Positions 15,054-24,523 of a DNA stretch of 25,777 nucleotides are shown in pieces. Origin of the DNA: a virus (taxonomy: Duplodnaviria > Caudoviricetes); IMG/VR virus record IMGVR_UViG_3300012173_000082, positions 1 through 25,777 of that record; one strand, 5' to 3'. A model generated the notes under the pieces. The model had not been told where the DNA came from. It made no database searches and was given only the letters and a program-made list of their open reading frames with translations. Position numbers and translations under genes: made by a program. Numbering within the stretch: the first letter of the stretch is position 1; every line of letters starts with the position of its first letter.

Positions 15054-17294
15054 ATGAAAATACATTTACAATTAACTTCTGCTGATCGCTCATTTATTCC
15101 TTCATTGAAGCCTTTGTTGCAAGGGCACAACGTAGGACTAAATGATGCTCCTATTGGAACTATTACTGAAGTGGAAATGCGGGCAACAGCTCGTGGCGCA
15201 AAACACATAGCAACTACTAATCCAACATTGCTATATAAACTTCTGCGAGCAGAATATGCGAGAAAGAAGCCATCTCTCGATGATTACGCTGGAAGTATTA
15301 TTGAACGTAATGGTTATGAGTATCTTATTCTTAATCCCCTTGACCATTTGGTTACTACCCCTACCGGTAACTTCCTTTATAAACGATATTTCAGTAAATT
15401 TACAGATCAGCAAAAATGGTTTCCTGTTCCAAATTTCACTTGGGAGATCGCTACTCCTGCTAGCCTTGGTAGTCTTTACACTAAGTTTTCATCTGCTAGT
15501 TTTATTGCTGTGGATATTGAAACTATCAAAGAACAACTGGCTATTACCTGTAGCGGTTATTGTGGAGTATGGTTTGATAGCAGCAATAATACTATTAAGT
15601 TCCACGCTATTGTAATACCTTGCACCGATGAATTCATGTTGGCATGGATAGGAAAGTTTAATCAACTGCCAGCACCTAAGATAATGCAAAACGGAAAGTA
15701 TGATAATGCATACTTTCTTCGGTGGGGAATACCACCAGTCAATTGGACTTGGGATACTCTTAATCTATTCCACTGTTGGTATAGTGAACTCCCAAAGAGA
15801 CTAGATTTTATTGCCAGCTTTATTCTTCGGAAGTGGGAGTTTTGGAAGGATGAAGCTGATGTTCCTATACATAGCGAGCAGTATTACAGGTATAATGCAA
15901 AAGATGCTTTTACCACTGCGATAGCATTCTTAGGGTTAATGCAAGAGATGCCAAGTTGGGCGCGCCAGAATTACCAACAAGAGTTCCCGCTTGTATTTCC
16001 CTGCCTTCAAGCGGAGCTGACAGGACTCAAACGAAATGAATCTAACTTCCAAAAGCTCAAGGATCAAATCGAAGAAGCTATTGCATCGGAATTACAACTT
16101 CTTCGTTCCTCTCTCGGAGAACCAAACTTTAATCCTAATTCACCTAAACAGGTGGTACAACTATGGAAAGTGCTTGGATCATCCGACATTAGTAGCAGTG
16201 ATACTCCAGCAAGAGATATCGTTAAGAATCGCCATCCAATTAACAGATTTGTGGTGGATAGGATTGAAAATATTAGGAAGAACAGAAAACTTCTTAGCAG
16301 CTACCTTAAGGATGGACTCACGCTTCATGGTAGAATTTTATACCAACTTAATCCTTCAGGGACGGATACTGGTAGGCTCGCAAGTGCGGAATCACATTAT
16401 TGGTGCGGATTGCAAATTCAAAATATACCGAGAGACAGAACGGACATTGTATATAAAGGAATATTTGCAGCGGATAAAGAGTTTTATATAGGTGAGGGAG
16501 ACTATGACCAAGCCGAGAGTAGAGGTACAGCTTACTTGTCGGGAGATACCAGTCTCATTGAAACAGTCAATTCGGACAAGGACTTCCATGCTCTCAATGC
16601 ATCTTCCTTTTTTGGCATTCCGTACGAGAAAATTGTGGATGCCTTGGGCGATGTACTTGATAAAACACTTAGAGATTTATCTAAACGAGTTAACCACGGA
16701 GCGAATTATAATATGGCGGAGCAAGTGTTACTTAATACAATGGGAATTGAAAATGTATTACGGGCGAGAAGCATGTTGCGACTACCGAAAAATTGGACAT
16801 TACTCGAAGTCTGTAGATATCTTTTAGCAGTATTTGATAAAACTTACCCAATAGTTAGAGGCCCCTGGTATGATAAGATTAAGGTAGATGTAATTACAAC
16901 TCATATGCTAGTTGGACCAACAGGTTGGACTAGATATTGTTTCGGTAATCCAGTACGCAATAAGCGAGATATGAATAGATATGCTGCACATCCTCCCCAG
17001 AGTCTCAATGCAATGACTCTTAATCAAGCCTGGCTAAAGGTGTTCTATGAAGTTGCGTTGCCGAATCCAAAGGATTTCAAACTCTGCGCCCAAATCCATG
17101 ATAGTATACTCTTTCAGTATAGAGTGGGGAGAGATGATCTTATTCGGAGTGTGCATCAATGTATGTTGTTTGATACCGCTGTGGTGGATACTTTTGGTAC
17201 TAGCAGGATACTACGTGTCCCGGTTTCTATGAAGGCTGAAGGAAAAACCTGGGCAGATGTAAAAAAGGTAGATTGGCTAAAGATAGCCGCATAA
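15054..17294 (+). CDS. polA: Family A DNA polymerase with 3'-5' exonuclease and a short, possibly degenerate UDG-like, N-terminal domain
   Basis: Exo motifs AVDIET, NGKYD, YNAKDA; FNPNSPKQV, TDTGRLAS, QIQNIP; motif A DYDQAESR, motif B RDLSKRVNHGANY, motif C QIHDS. Confidence 0.96.
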   Translation: MKIHLQLTSADRSFIPSLKPLLQGHNVGLNDAPIGTITEVEMRATARGAKHIATTNPTLLYKLLRAEYARKKPSLDDYAGSIIERNGYEYLILNPLDHLVTTPTGNFLYKRYFSKFTDQQKWFPVPNFTWEIATPASLGSLYTKFSSASFIAVDIETIKEQLAITCSGYCGVWFDSSNNTIKFHAIVIPCTDEFMLAWIGKFNQLPAPKIMQNGKYDNAYFLRWGIPPVNWTWDTLNLFHCWYSELPKRLDFIASFILRKWEFWKDEADVPIHSEQYYRYNAKDAFTTAIAFLGLMQEMPSWARQNYQQEFPLVFPCLQAELTGLKRNESNFQKLKDQIEEAIASELQLLRSSLGEPNFNPNSPKQVVQLWKVLGSSDISSSDTPARDIVKNRHPINRFVVDRIENIRKNRKLLSSYLKDGLTLHGRILYQLNPSGTDTGRLASAESHYWCGLQIQNIPRDRTDIVYKGIFAADKEFYIGEGDYDQAESRGTAYLSGDTSLIETVNSDKDFHALNASSFFGIPYEKIVDALGDVLDKTLRDLSKRVNHGANYNMAEQVLLNTMGIENVLRARSMLRLPKNWTLLEVCRYLLAVFDKTYPIVRGPWYDKIKVDVITTHMLVGPTGWTRYCFGNPVRNKRDMNRYAAHPPQSLNAMTLNQAWLKVFYEVALPNPKDFKLCAQIHDSILFQYRVGRDDLIRSVHQCMLFDTAVVDTFGTSRILRVPVSMKAEGKTWADVKKVDWLKIAA

Positions 17295-17309
17295 CTTATG
17301 AGGTAGATA

Positions 17310-18647
17310 GTGAATGAACCTGAACCAACAGCAGCAGCAGCAGCAGCAGCTTCAGAATCTTTATTGGACCTTTATTTCCAATACACCAAAGAAACTGAGC
17401 CGCCTACCATATATAATCGCTGGTGTATTATCTCAGGAATCGCAGCCTTGCTTGGTAGAAATTTTTACTTTCAACATGGACATTTCACAGTGTATCCAAA
17501 CTTATACTGTGTCCTCATCGGAGACCCAGGAACTCGTAAAAGTACTGCAATCCGTCTTGTTCGCAGACTCATCACTTCCTCGGGGTATTCAAGCATCGCA
17601 GCAGATAGAACAAGTAAAGAAAAGTTTCTTCTCGATTTACAAGGAGAAACGGAGGATCTTGGTGATATTGGCAGTTCCGAAAGCAGGAGAAGATCAGCAT
17701 ATGATCGTACGACAGCAGAAAATCTGTGGGGTTCTAATGAAGTTAATGACACCGGTCCACATGAACTTTACGCTACCGCAGACGAACTTAATGAATTTAT
17801 TGGGACTAACAACATCGACTTCTGTAGAATGCTTGGACAACTCTGGGACTATGAAGGAGTCTATAAGAGTAGAATAAAAAACGGTAGAAGTGTAGCAATA
17901 AGTGAGCCCACAATAAATATACTAGGAGGAATTACGTCCCAAGATTTTGCTCTTACTTTTCCACCCGCATTGTTAGGTCAAGGATTTATCAGTCGTATTA
18001 TTATTATACACGGAGAAATTAGCGGAAGAAAGTTTGCATTTCCTGAACCACCAAAGTTGGAGGAAAGAGAGAAGGTAATTGGGGCGCTCAAAAATATTCA
18101 TAAGTCTATGCGCGGAGTTGCTACCATCGAGGCTGACGCTAAAAGTATTCTGGATGAGATATATAATACTTGGGCGGCCATTCCAGACTTGCGGTTTAAA
18201 CACTATTCTAATAGAAGATTTACTCAGTTGATAAAGTTATGTTTGATATACTCAGCAGCAAGACAAAAAACTATTATCGACAAAGCCACTGTAATACTGG
18301 CAAATACTACACTAGCCGCAGCAGAACATCATATGCCAAAGGCATTAGGAGAGTATGGCAAAGGTAAACACAGTGATATTGCAAATAAGGTATTGGAGCT
18401 TATAGCAGGAGGAACTAACACTGGGCGCCCTGTAGGAATGAAAGATATATGGAAAGAAATACATAAGGACCTTGATAAACCTACAGATATGGCAGTGATT
18501 ATACAGAATTTAGAGCAAGCGGAAAAGATACATGCAGTGAAGGGAATTAGTGGCAGTGGTTGGCTGGTAAAGAAGGAAAGAAAAGCAGCTATGAAGTATG
18601 TTGATTGGACACTACTAACAACTGAAGAACAGGAGATAATGAAATGA
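17310..18647 (+). CDS. DUF3987/YfjI-like AAA+ ATPase, putative replicative helicase with a C-terminal winged-helix-like region
   Basis: TEPP...W, YPNLYCVLIGDPGTRKS (Walker A), ADELNEF (Walker B), LWD, GFISR; GTG start with a GAGG RBS. Confidence 0.85.
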   Translation: MNEPEPTAAAAAAASESLLDLYFQYTKETEPPTIYNRWCIISGIAALLGRNFYFQHGHFTVYPNLYCVLIGDPGTRKSTAIRLVRRLITSSGYSSIAADRTSKEKFLLDLQGETEDLGDIGSSESRRRSAYDRTTAENLWGSNEVNDTGPHELYATADELNEFIGTNNIDFCRMLGQLWDYEGVYKSRIKNGRSVAISEPTINILGGITSQDFALTFPPALLGQGFISRIIIIHGEISGRKFAFPEPPKLEEREKVIGALKNIHKSMRGVATIEADAKSILDEIYNTWAAIPDLRFKHYSNRRFTQLIKLCLIYSAARQKTIIDKATVILANTTLAAAEHHMPKALGEYGKGKHSDIANKVLELIAGGTNTGRPVGMKDIWKEIHKDLDKPTDMAVIIQNLEQAEKIHAVKGISGSGWLVKKERKAAMKYVDWTLLTTEEQEIMK

Positions 18648-19165
18648 CACACCATGTAATGCTTGATCTGGAAACTATGAGCACCAAACCTAATGCAGCT
18701 ATAGTAGCAATCGGTGCAGTAGAATTTAATATGGAAGTAAGAAGTATAGGCAAAAAGTTTTATACACGAGTTAGTTTGGCTTCTAATATAGAAGCTAGTC
18801 GCGATATAGCTGCGAATACTATCCTCTGGTGGATGAAGCAGTCTGACGAAGCAAGAGCAGAAATTACTTCTGTAGATAATAGATCGTTATTAGATGCTCT
18901 TCTAGCTTTTAATAATGAGATATTAAATTGGTTGCCTCCTAACTACTTTCTGTGGGGAAATGGGGCTAACTTTGATCCTGTTATCTTAGGCTCTGCTTAC
19001 GAAAAATTTGGTTTTGCAATTCCTTGGAATTTTCGTAATATACGATGCTATCGAACTGCTATTGCTATTCTTCCACAACAAGAATATATTAAACCAACTG
19101 TAGCTCATAATGCTCTAGAAGATGCAAGAGCGCAAGCAATACATCTTGTGAAGATATGGAGATAA
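18644..19165 (+). CDS. DEDDh 3'-5' exonuclease (RNase AS/Rv2179c-like, DUF5051)
   Basis: MLDLET, WGNGANFD, PW.F...RCYRT, HNALEDA. Confidence 0.9.
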   Translation: MTHHVMLDLETMSTKPNAAIVAIGAVEFNMEVRSIGKKFYTRVSLASNIEASRDIAANTILWWMKQSDEARAEITSVDNRSLLDALLAFNNEILNWLPPNYFLWGNGANFDPVILGSAYEKFGFAIPWNFRNIRCYRTAIAILPQQEYIKPTVAHNALEDARAQAIHLVKIWR

Positions 19166-19166
19166 T

Positions 19167-19463
19167 ATGGTAACTCACGTACTTTTTCCTGAAGTAATAC
19201 TAGCCTTTCAGCAGGAACTAAAGAATCATCCTGACATAGTGGAGTTTGTACATCAATGCGGTGCCAGGGGTGATGCAGAAGTTTTAGGCGCAATTGCTGC
19301 TAAGTTAGATATTATCCTCGACGGAATTTATGATCCCGTAGATTTGTGTGAAATGTTGCTGAAGAGACTAAAGCAGAGAGGGCAGCTTATAATTGCTGCT
19401 AATGATGAGAAACTTATACCAGTTTCTATTGAGTTGACGCGGGAGCCAGATTCTGACGGCTAA
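19167..19463 (+). CDS. Hypothetical protein, last gene of the rightward arm
   Basis: GGAG RBS; its 3' end overlaps the convergent gene. Confidence 0.8.
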   Translation: MVTHVLFPEVILAFQQELKNHPDIVEFVHQCGARGDAEVLGAIAAKLDIILDGIYDPVDLCEMLLKRLKQRGQLIIAANDEKLIPVSIELTREPDSDG

Positions 19464-22400
19464 AGTAATCTGGTAATGGTTGGCCGCCCATGATAGTCAT
19501 CATGTTTTGAGCTTGAGGATTTTTTAGTTGTCGATATACTTTATTAGCTACACTTTCATTTGCATCTCTTGTCCATTCTATCATCTTGCGAGAGAAGTTT
19601 TCAATTCTTCCGCCACTTGCTGCGTAGCGAGAAGCAAAATCTATAATAGTTTCGGCATCCGGTTCCTGTAATCCAATAAGATTAGTTTTAACTGCTTCTC
19701 CTAGCTGTGCTAATCTGCGATCATCCTTTGCTTCATATGCAGTTTTTCGATACATTGCATCCATTGTAATAGCCTCATCTAGAGGTCTTGCTCCAGCAAA
19801 TCGTGCAGCATAAGTTATTGCGCTCCAATCATTAGCAGCAGAGATAAGAGAACCTTTAGAGGTAGTAGTATATCCTTGCACTGCTTGTGCTAAACCAGTT
19901 AACGGACGAGAGATTCCATTATGTTCAAGTCCTTGGAGCAAAGTATCACTGAACTTTCCACCATCCTTAATACGTTCAGTAATATCAAACAGATTCTTAA
20001 CAAATTTTATGCCACCAGAGATGGCAGGATAGTCGAGAGGATTGATAGGGAGAATAGTTATTTGACGAGGATTAATATCTCCGCGACTATAAAGTCCGGT
20101 ACTGAGGAAGTTGGAAACACTCCCATAGAGGAGCCAATCACCAAGATTTTTGTCGAAGAGTTGTGGAGTAGTGGAATAGAAGTCCTTGTGAGTTGGGTTA
20201 TTAGTGGCGTTACCTACAATATGAGTATTAAGAGCATGAAATCCCGGCAGCCCTTGCATTCCGAACAAAGTTCCTTGAATGCCAAAGAGCATAGCTTGTG
20301 GCAAAACCTCTTTATTCTCTATATAACGGAACAGTTGTTGGAGGAGATTAAATTGATAAGTTTGGAAGAGACCAACAGCGGCCCCGATAGGACCTTGGAA
20401 CGCAACAGGTCGTTGAGAAGCTATATAATTACCATGGACACGATTAATGAAAGTTCGGATATTATCATCCAATTCTCGTCCTAAGTATCCTTTAGCTTCG
20501 AATAATTGTCTAGCAACATCAAAGCTAACTAATCTAGTATATTGTTCAGCCCAATCACTACCAGTAAGCTTAGCTCCTATCTCAGCAGCTCGTTGAGCTT
20601 TCTTTGAAAGAACTGAAGCAGTTTCACTACCAGCCACAGTAAGATTATCCAACATCTCATAATATGCACGAGGCTGAACATTAACAACATTAAGATGTTC
20701 AGCCCATTCTAAGAGTTCTTGCTTACGAGTTCCGTGAATATTAGCAATAGCGTTGTAAAGAGCTTTAGTGTAAGCTGGGGCCGCCAATTCTGGTGAGCCT
20801 GGAAGTGGAGTAGTTAGCAGTTCTTTTAATGCAGGTATCTTTTTAGCGCTTGTATATTCTGCTGCCTGAAGAACTGGAGTAGAAACTACATTAATCAGGG
20901 TTTGAAACCAATCCAGACGAATAGTGGTAGCGGCAATAATAGAATTTGCTGATGCTGTAAACTGACTAAGAGCAGAAGTTATAGGGAGTTTGTTTGCCTC
21001 GGCATACGCTTGCATATAATCCATTGCTCTACCGTATGGATTACCAAGACCAAACTTCTGAGTAATAGCGTTTGCTTGCTCATAAGAAATTAATCCTTTC
21101 TGAGCTTGACCAAAAGTTTCTTTAGCCATACGAAAGGCAGTTCCAAAGAATGCTTCTGCTTTATCTTGAGTTTCCTGCCATAAACGATACTCTGCCTTTT
21201 CTCCAATGTTAAGTGCGGTTTTAATATATTGATTAAACGGATCTTGAATCTGACGTTTAAATATTCCAACAACTCCAGCAGTAGAGGTTTCTACTTCTAC
21301 AAACTTCTGCCCAAGAGCACGAAGTTCTGCAAACAACTGAGCATTACCTAGTTCAAGATAGTTACGAATAAGACGAACTTCTTGACGCTTATGCCAGTTA
21401 AAATATTCGCCTATAATTTCTTCACCACGAACCTTCGGAAATACATCAGAAAGAACACCTTTCTTACGAAGAGTTGAATCTACTGTAGATTCAACTAAAT
21501 TAAGAGCATAATCATAATCACCTAGCGCCTCGTGGTAGGCTTTAGAGTTATCCTTAAAGGTAACTTTCCACCCTTCTCCAAGCTGTGCTACCTTAGCGCG
21601 CAAACCTTCTGCTGTATCTGCAACAAGAGCAGCAGCATCACTCGTTCCCATTCCTTTTCCATCAATCTCGCGCACAATAGCAACATATTTATACTTAGTA
21701 GTATCTACCGGTGGAAAGTAAACAGTATCAAGATCATAATGTTTGGAGATACCTTGGGCGGCAAGCCAGTTATTATGGTGTGAGAGACGACCATTATTGA
21801 GTTCAGTGCTAGTACGTAGAAACTTGGCTACCTTATCATTAAGACTCATATAGGTAAAAGCACCAGTCTCTCCTGGAGCTAAAGTATTAAATTTAGCGCC
21901 ACTAATCCAGTTACCTTCATTTGGCATATAATTTGGATTCCAGGAAATCACTGCTCCAGTCTGATCTCTACGAAGAGACTCACGAAGAACGATAGTATCA
22001 AGAGACAACTTATATTGTGCAGCAAGAGTAGGAGGAATAAATACGTATTGCCTAGAGATTCTGCGCCCTAAATTAGTAAGAACTGCTAATTCAGCACCAG
22101 CAATAGCATCATCAGTAAGAGCTGCAATTTCATTAGAGAAACGATCAGATAGGGCGCTAAAGCGTTTTTGAGTTAATCGCTGTACACTAGCACCAACAGC
22201 TTCTGCTCTTTGTCCAATATTGCCGTAGCTGCTGTTAGAAGTTGCAAATGCACGATTACCAACTCCAGTGATCTCAGCCTCCGATGCAGATGCTGGAATA
22301 ATAAATTCTTCCCACTCGCGCCCAAAGAAATGCGCTGTTGCATTACTAGCTTGTTCTTGCGCTAGTTGAACACGCTTATCAACATCTAGCATGCCCCGAA

Positions 22401-24504
22401 GAATATTTCCTTCATTGGTATTAATACTGCCAATATCATACTCAAGTCGAATGGTATTTGTACGAAGATAGTCGGCTATTGGGCGAGTAAAATCTTTATA
22501 CTCAGCAGCTACAAGACCATCATCAAGATACTTTAACGGAACATTTGCTTTTATTGCAATCTCTTCAGCAGCCTTTTCAGCGTTGATAAGATCACCAATA
22601 ATAGAGTTTTTGGTATTTTGGATATAAGTATCTAGAAATTGCAAGTCGCTAGTAGGCATAGCTGGCAGAAGATTCTCATCTCTAATACCAAAGAATTCGG
22701 TAGCTTTTACTACACGATTATCTTCAGTACGAATCGTAGCTTTATTCGCAGAAGTACGACCTATAGTTGTTACTTCGTATCGAAGTTGTTCCAGCAGAGG
22801 AATATCATTAAAATTAATAATATCTCCATCCTGCAATTTACGAAGATGCGCCCAAATATAGCGAGAATTTGCATCAATAGTAGATAGATCCTTATAGGAA
22901 TATCCAGTTCCTACGAACTGTTGAGAAGAAAAATTTCCGTTGCGAACTCCATTAATAGCTCCAGTGGCATCGTGTGTAAGAAGATCATCAACACTTTTAA
23001 TTGGCCCTAGATCACCAAATACTGCATGTGCACGATTAGTTACTTGTCCAGAAAGAAGATTAAAATACAATGGAGCGCCGTAAAGAGGTTTTGATTCCGA
23101 AGGAAGAGATTGAGTTGCACGAAAAACTTTTTCTTCCTTAGCATAAAGTATACGACTTTCTCCGGGACGTGGAATACGTACTAGAAGAGAACTCTTTGGA
23201 TTAATATGCCATTCCAAATTAGCATCCATCCATATATCTTCTCCTGCATCAAATGATTTCTGCATAGAGGGATATTTACGAATAGCACCGGTAGATGGAT
23301 CATAGGTAGTATCATCAAAACGTGCAATCTTAAGTGGCGCTTCTCGACTAGTAAGATTATATGCAAAAGATAGGTCTGCCTCTTCTTGACTAAGAGGGCG
23401 GGCTGAGTAAGGTTTATAGTCAGGTGCAGCTTTTACTGCTTTCTTTACACCACTACTAATATAAACAATATCTTGCTCAAGATGAGAAAACTGATCTACA
23501 CGAGAAATACGAGAAAGACGACCAAACATATCATACATTTCTTCATTACTAACTGCGTGTTTATTTCTCATTTCCTTGAGTACATCTATAAAAGCGGCGC
23601 CAAGATTTTCATCCGCTTCTGGAGAGATAGTTTTTAATATCTTCATTGCTTCAATTTCTGCTTGAAACTTTGTACGTTGCAGTTTTGCTGCTGTACTAGC
23701 AGTAGTAGGAGTTGGAATATTATCAATAGACTGTATTAACTGAACTACTCTATCACCAGCAACAAAATCTCCTATTCCCATACGAGTAGCAAGATCGTAT
23801 GCTCGTTCTTCTAAGTCTTTAGTTACTAATGCTTTATTAACTAATCCACGAATACCAAAACCTTGGATAACTCCACCAACTCCACCGCCAACAAGAGTTC
23901 CCCAAAACATATGAGATGTAATATCTGCAAGACCATCCTTAGAAATTGTTGGATTAGCTTTCAGAGTGGCAATAGTAGCAGCTTCGAATGCGGCAGCTTC
24001 TAATGCTTGCTCACCAAATCCCGCTGCAATAGTTTTCCACTTATCAGTTTGGATTTGACCATAGATACCGCTGGTTCCAAGATTAAACTCGGCTTTTGCA
24101 GCAGTAACTACAGCTTCATCTCTACTCATAAGATTAGTAGCCCGAGCAATATTAGCACCAAATTTACCGCTACTAGCAAATGCGCGCACTACTTTAGCTC
24201 CAATAGTGCCAGGAATAAGAGAACCAACAATAAGACCTCCCACTTCTACACCAGAAGCACGTTCATCATAATACCGATAAAGATTATCATCATATGCAGC
24301 TAACTGCTTGCGAGGATCATTGAGTTCAATTTCGGCCCCAAAGAAATTAGCAACTTCTATACCAGTATTAACAAAACTATTATACACACTTAAACCTACT
24401 ACAGGGCCGCCCTTTGTAATAGTATCAACTACACTATCTAATAGACTTTTTCCAGTCTGTCCAACTTCGTGATTATCACCAGCAACAGCAAGATCAGATG
24501 CCAT
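19426..24504 (-). CDS. Large (1692 aa) probable internal virion/ejection protein
   Basis: Very long ORF with no Cys that I could find, a Gly/Ala-rich N-terminal region (GGGVGGVIQG), an AAGGAG RBS, and position at the end of the late arm. Function is inferred from size, composition and position only. Confidence 0.75.
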   Translation of the reverse strand: MASDLAVAGDNHEVGQTGKSLLDSVVDTITKGGPVVGLSVYNSFVNTGIEVANFFGAEIELNDPRKQLAAYDDNLYRYYDERASGVEVGGLIVGSLIPGTIGAKVVRAFASSGKFGANIARATNLMSRDEAVVTAAKAEFNLGTSGIYGQIQTDKWKTIAAGFGEQALEAAAFEAATIATLKANPTISKDGLADITSHMFWGTLVGGGVGGVIQGFGIRGLVNKALVTKDLEERAYDLATRMGIGDFVAGDRVVQLIQSIDNIPTPTTASTAAKLQRTKFQAEIEAMKILKTISPEADENLGAAFIDVLKEMRNKHAVSNEEMYDMFGRLSRISRVDQFSHLEQDIVYISSGVKKAVKAAPDYKPYSARPLSQEEADLSFAYNLTSREAPLKIARFDDTTYDPSTGAIRKYPSMQKSFDAGEDIWMDANLEWHINPKSSLLVRIPRPGESRILYAKEEKVFRATQSLPSESKPLYGAPLYFNLLSGQVTNRAHAVFGDLGPIKSVDDLLTHDATGAINGVRNGNFSSQQFVGTGYSYKDLSTIDANSRYIWAHLRKLQDGDIINFNDIPLLEQLRYEVTTIGRTSANKATIRTEDNRVVKATEFFGIRDENLLPAMPTSDLQFLDTYIQNTKNSIIGDLINAEKAAEEIAIKANVPLKYLDDGLVAAEYKDFTRPIADYLRTNTIRLEYDIGSINTNEGNILRGMLDVDKRVQLAQEQASNATAHFFGREWEEFIIPASASEAEITGVGNRAFATSNSSYGNIGQRAEAVGASVQRLTQKRFSALSDRFSNEIAALTDDAIAGAELAVLTNLGRRISRQYVFIPPTLAAQYKLSLDTIVLRESLRRDQTGAVISWNPNYMPNEGNWISGAKFNTLAPGETGAFTYMSLNDKVAKFLRTSTELNNGRLSHHNNWLAAQGISKHYDLDTVYFPPVDTTKYKYVAIVREIDGKGMGTSDAAALVADTAEGLRAKVAQLGEGWKVTFKDNSKAYHEALGDYDYALNLVESTVDSTLRKKGVLSDVFPKVRGEEIIGEYFNWHKRQEVRLIRNYLELGNAQLFAELRALGQKFVEVETSTAGVVGIFKRQIQDPFNQYIKTALNIGEKAEYRLWQETQDKAEAFFGTAFRMAKETFGQAQKGLISYEQANAITQKFGLGNPYGRAMDYMQAYAEANKLPITSALSQFTASANSIIAATTIRLDWFQTLINVVSTPVLQAAEYTSAKKIPALKELLTTPLPGSPELAAPAYTKALYNAIANIHGTRKQELLEWAEHLNVVNVQPRAYYEMLDNLTVAGSETASVLSKKAQRAAEIGAKLTGSDWAEQYTRLVSFDVARQLFEAKGYLGRELDDNIRTFINRVHGNYIASQRPVAFQGPIGAAVGLFQTYQFNLLQQLFRYIENKEVLPQAMLFGIQGTLFGMQGLPGFHALNTHIVGNATNNPTHKDFYSTTPQLFDKNLGDWLLYGSVSNFLSTGLYSRGDINPRQITILPINPLDYPAISGGIKFVKNLFDITERIKDGGKFSDTLLQGLEHNGISRPLTGLAQAVQGYTTTSKGSLISAANDWSAITYAARFAGARPLDEAITMDAMYRKTAYEAKDDRRLAQLGEAVKTNLIGLQEPDAETIIDFASRYAASGGRIENFSRKMIEWTRDANESVANKVYRQLKNPQAQNMMTIMGGQPLPDYFSRQNLAPASTQ

Positions 24505-24523
24505 TAGTTACTGCTCCTTGGTT

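Noticed and set aside
17314-17877. Poly-Gln ORF (MNLNQQQQ...) in an alternative frame
   Set aside because: Out-of-frame reading of the CAG repeat; the 17310 frame carries all ATPase motifs. A true ATG-17314 start with an indel cannot be fully excluded.
19921-24303. Plus-strand ORFs inside the 1692-aa gene
   Set aside because: Antisense shadows with no RBS or motifs.
19426-24504. Virion RNA polymerase (N4- or crAss-like)
   Set aside because: About half the size of N4 vRNAP, and no catalytic motifs were found.
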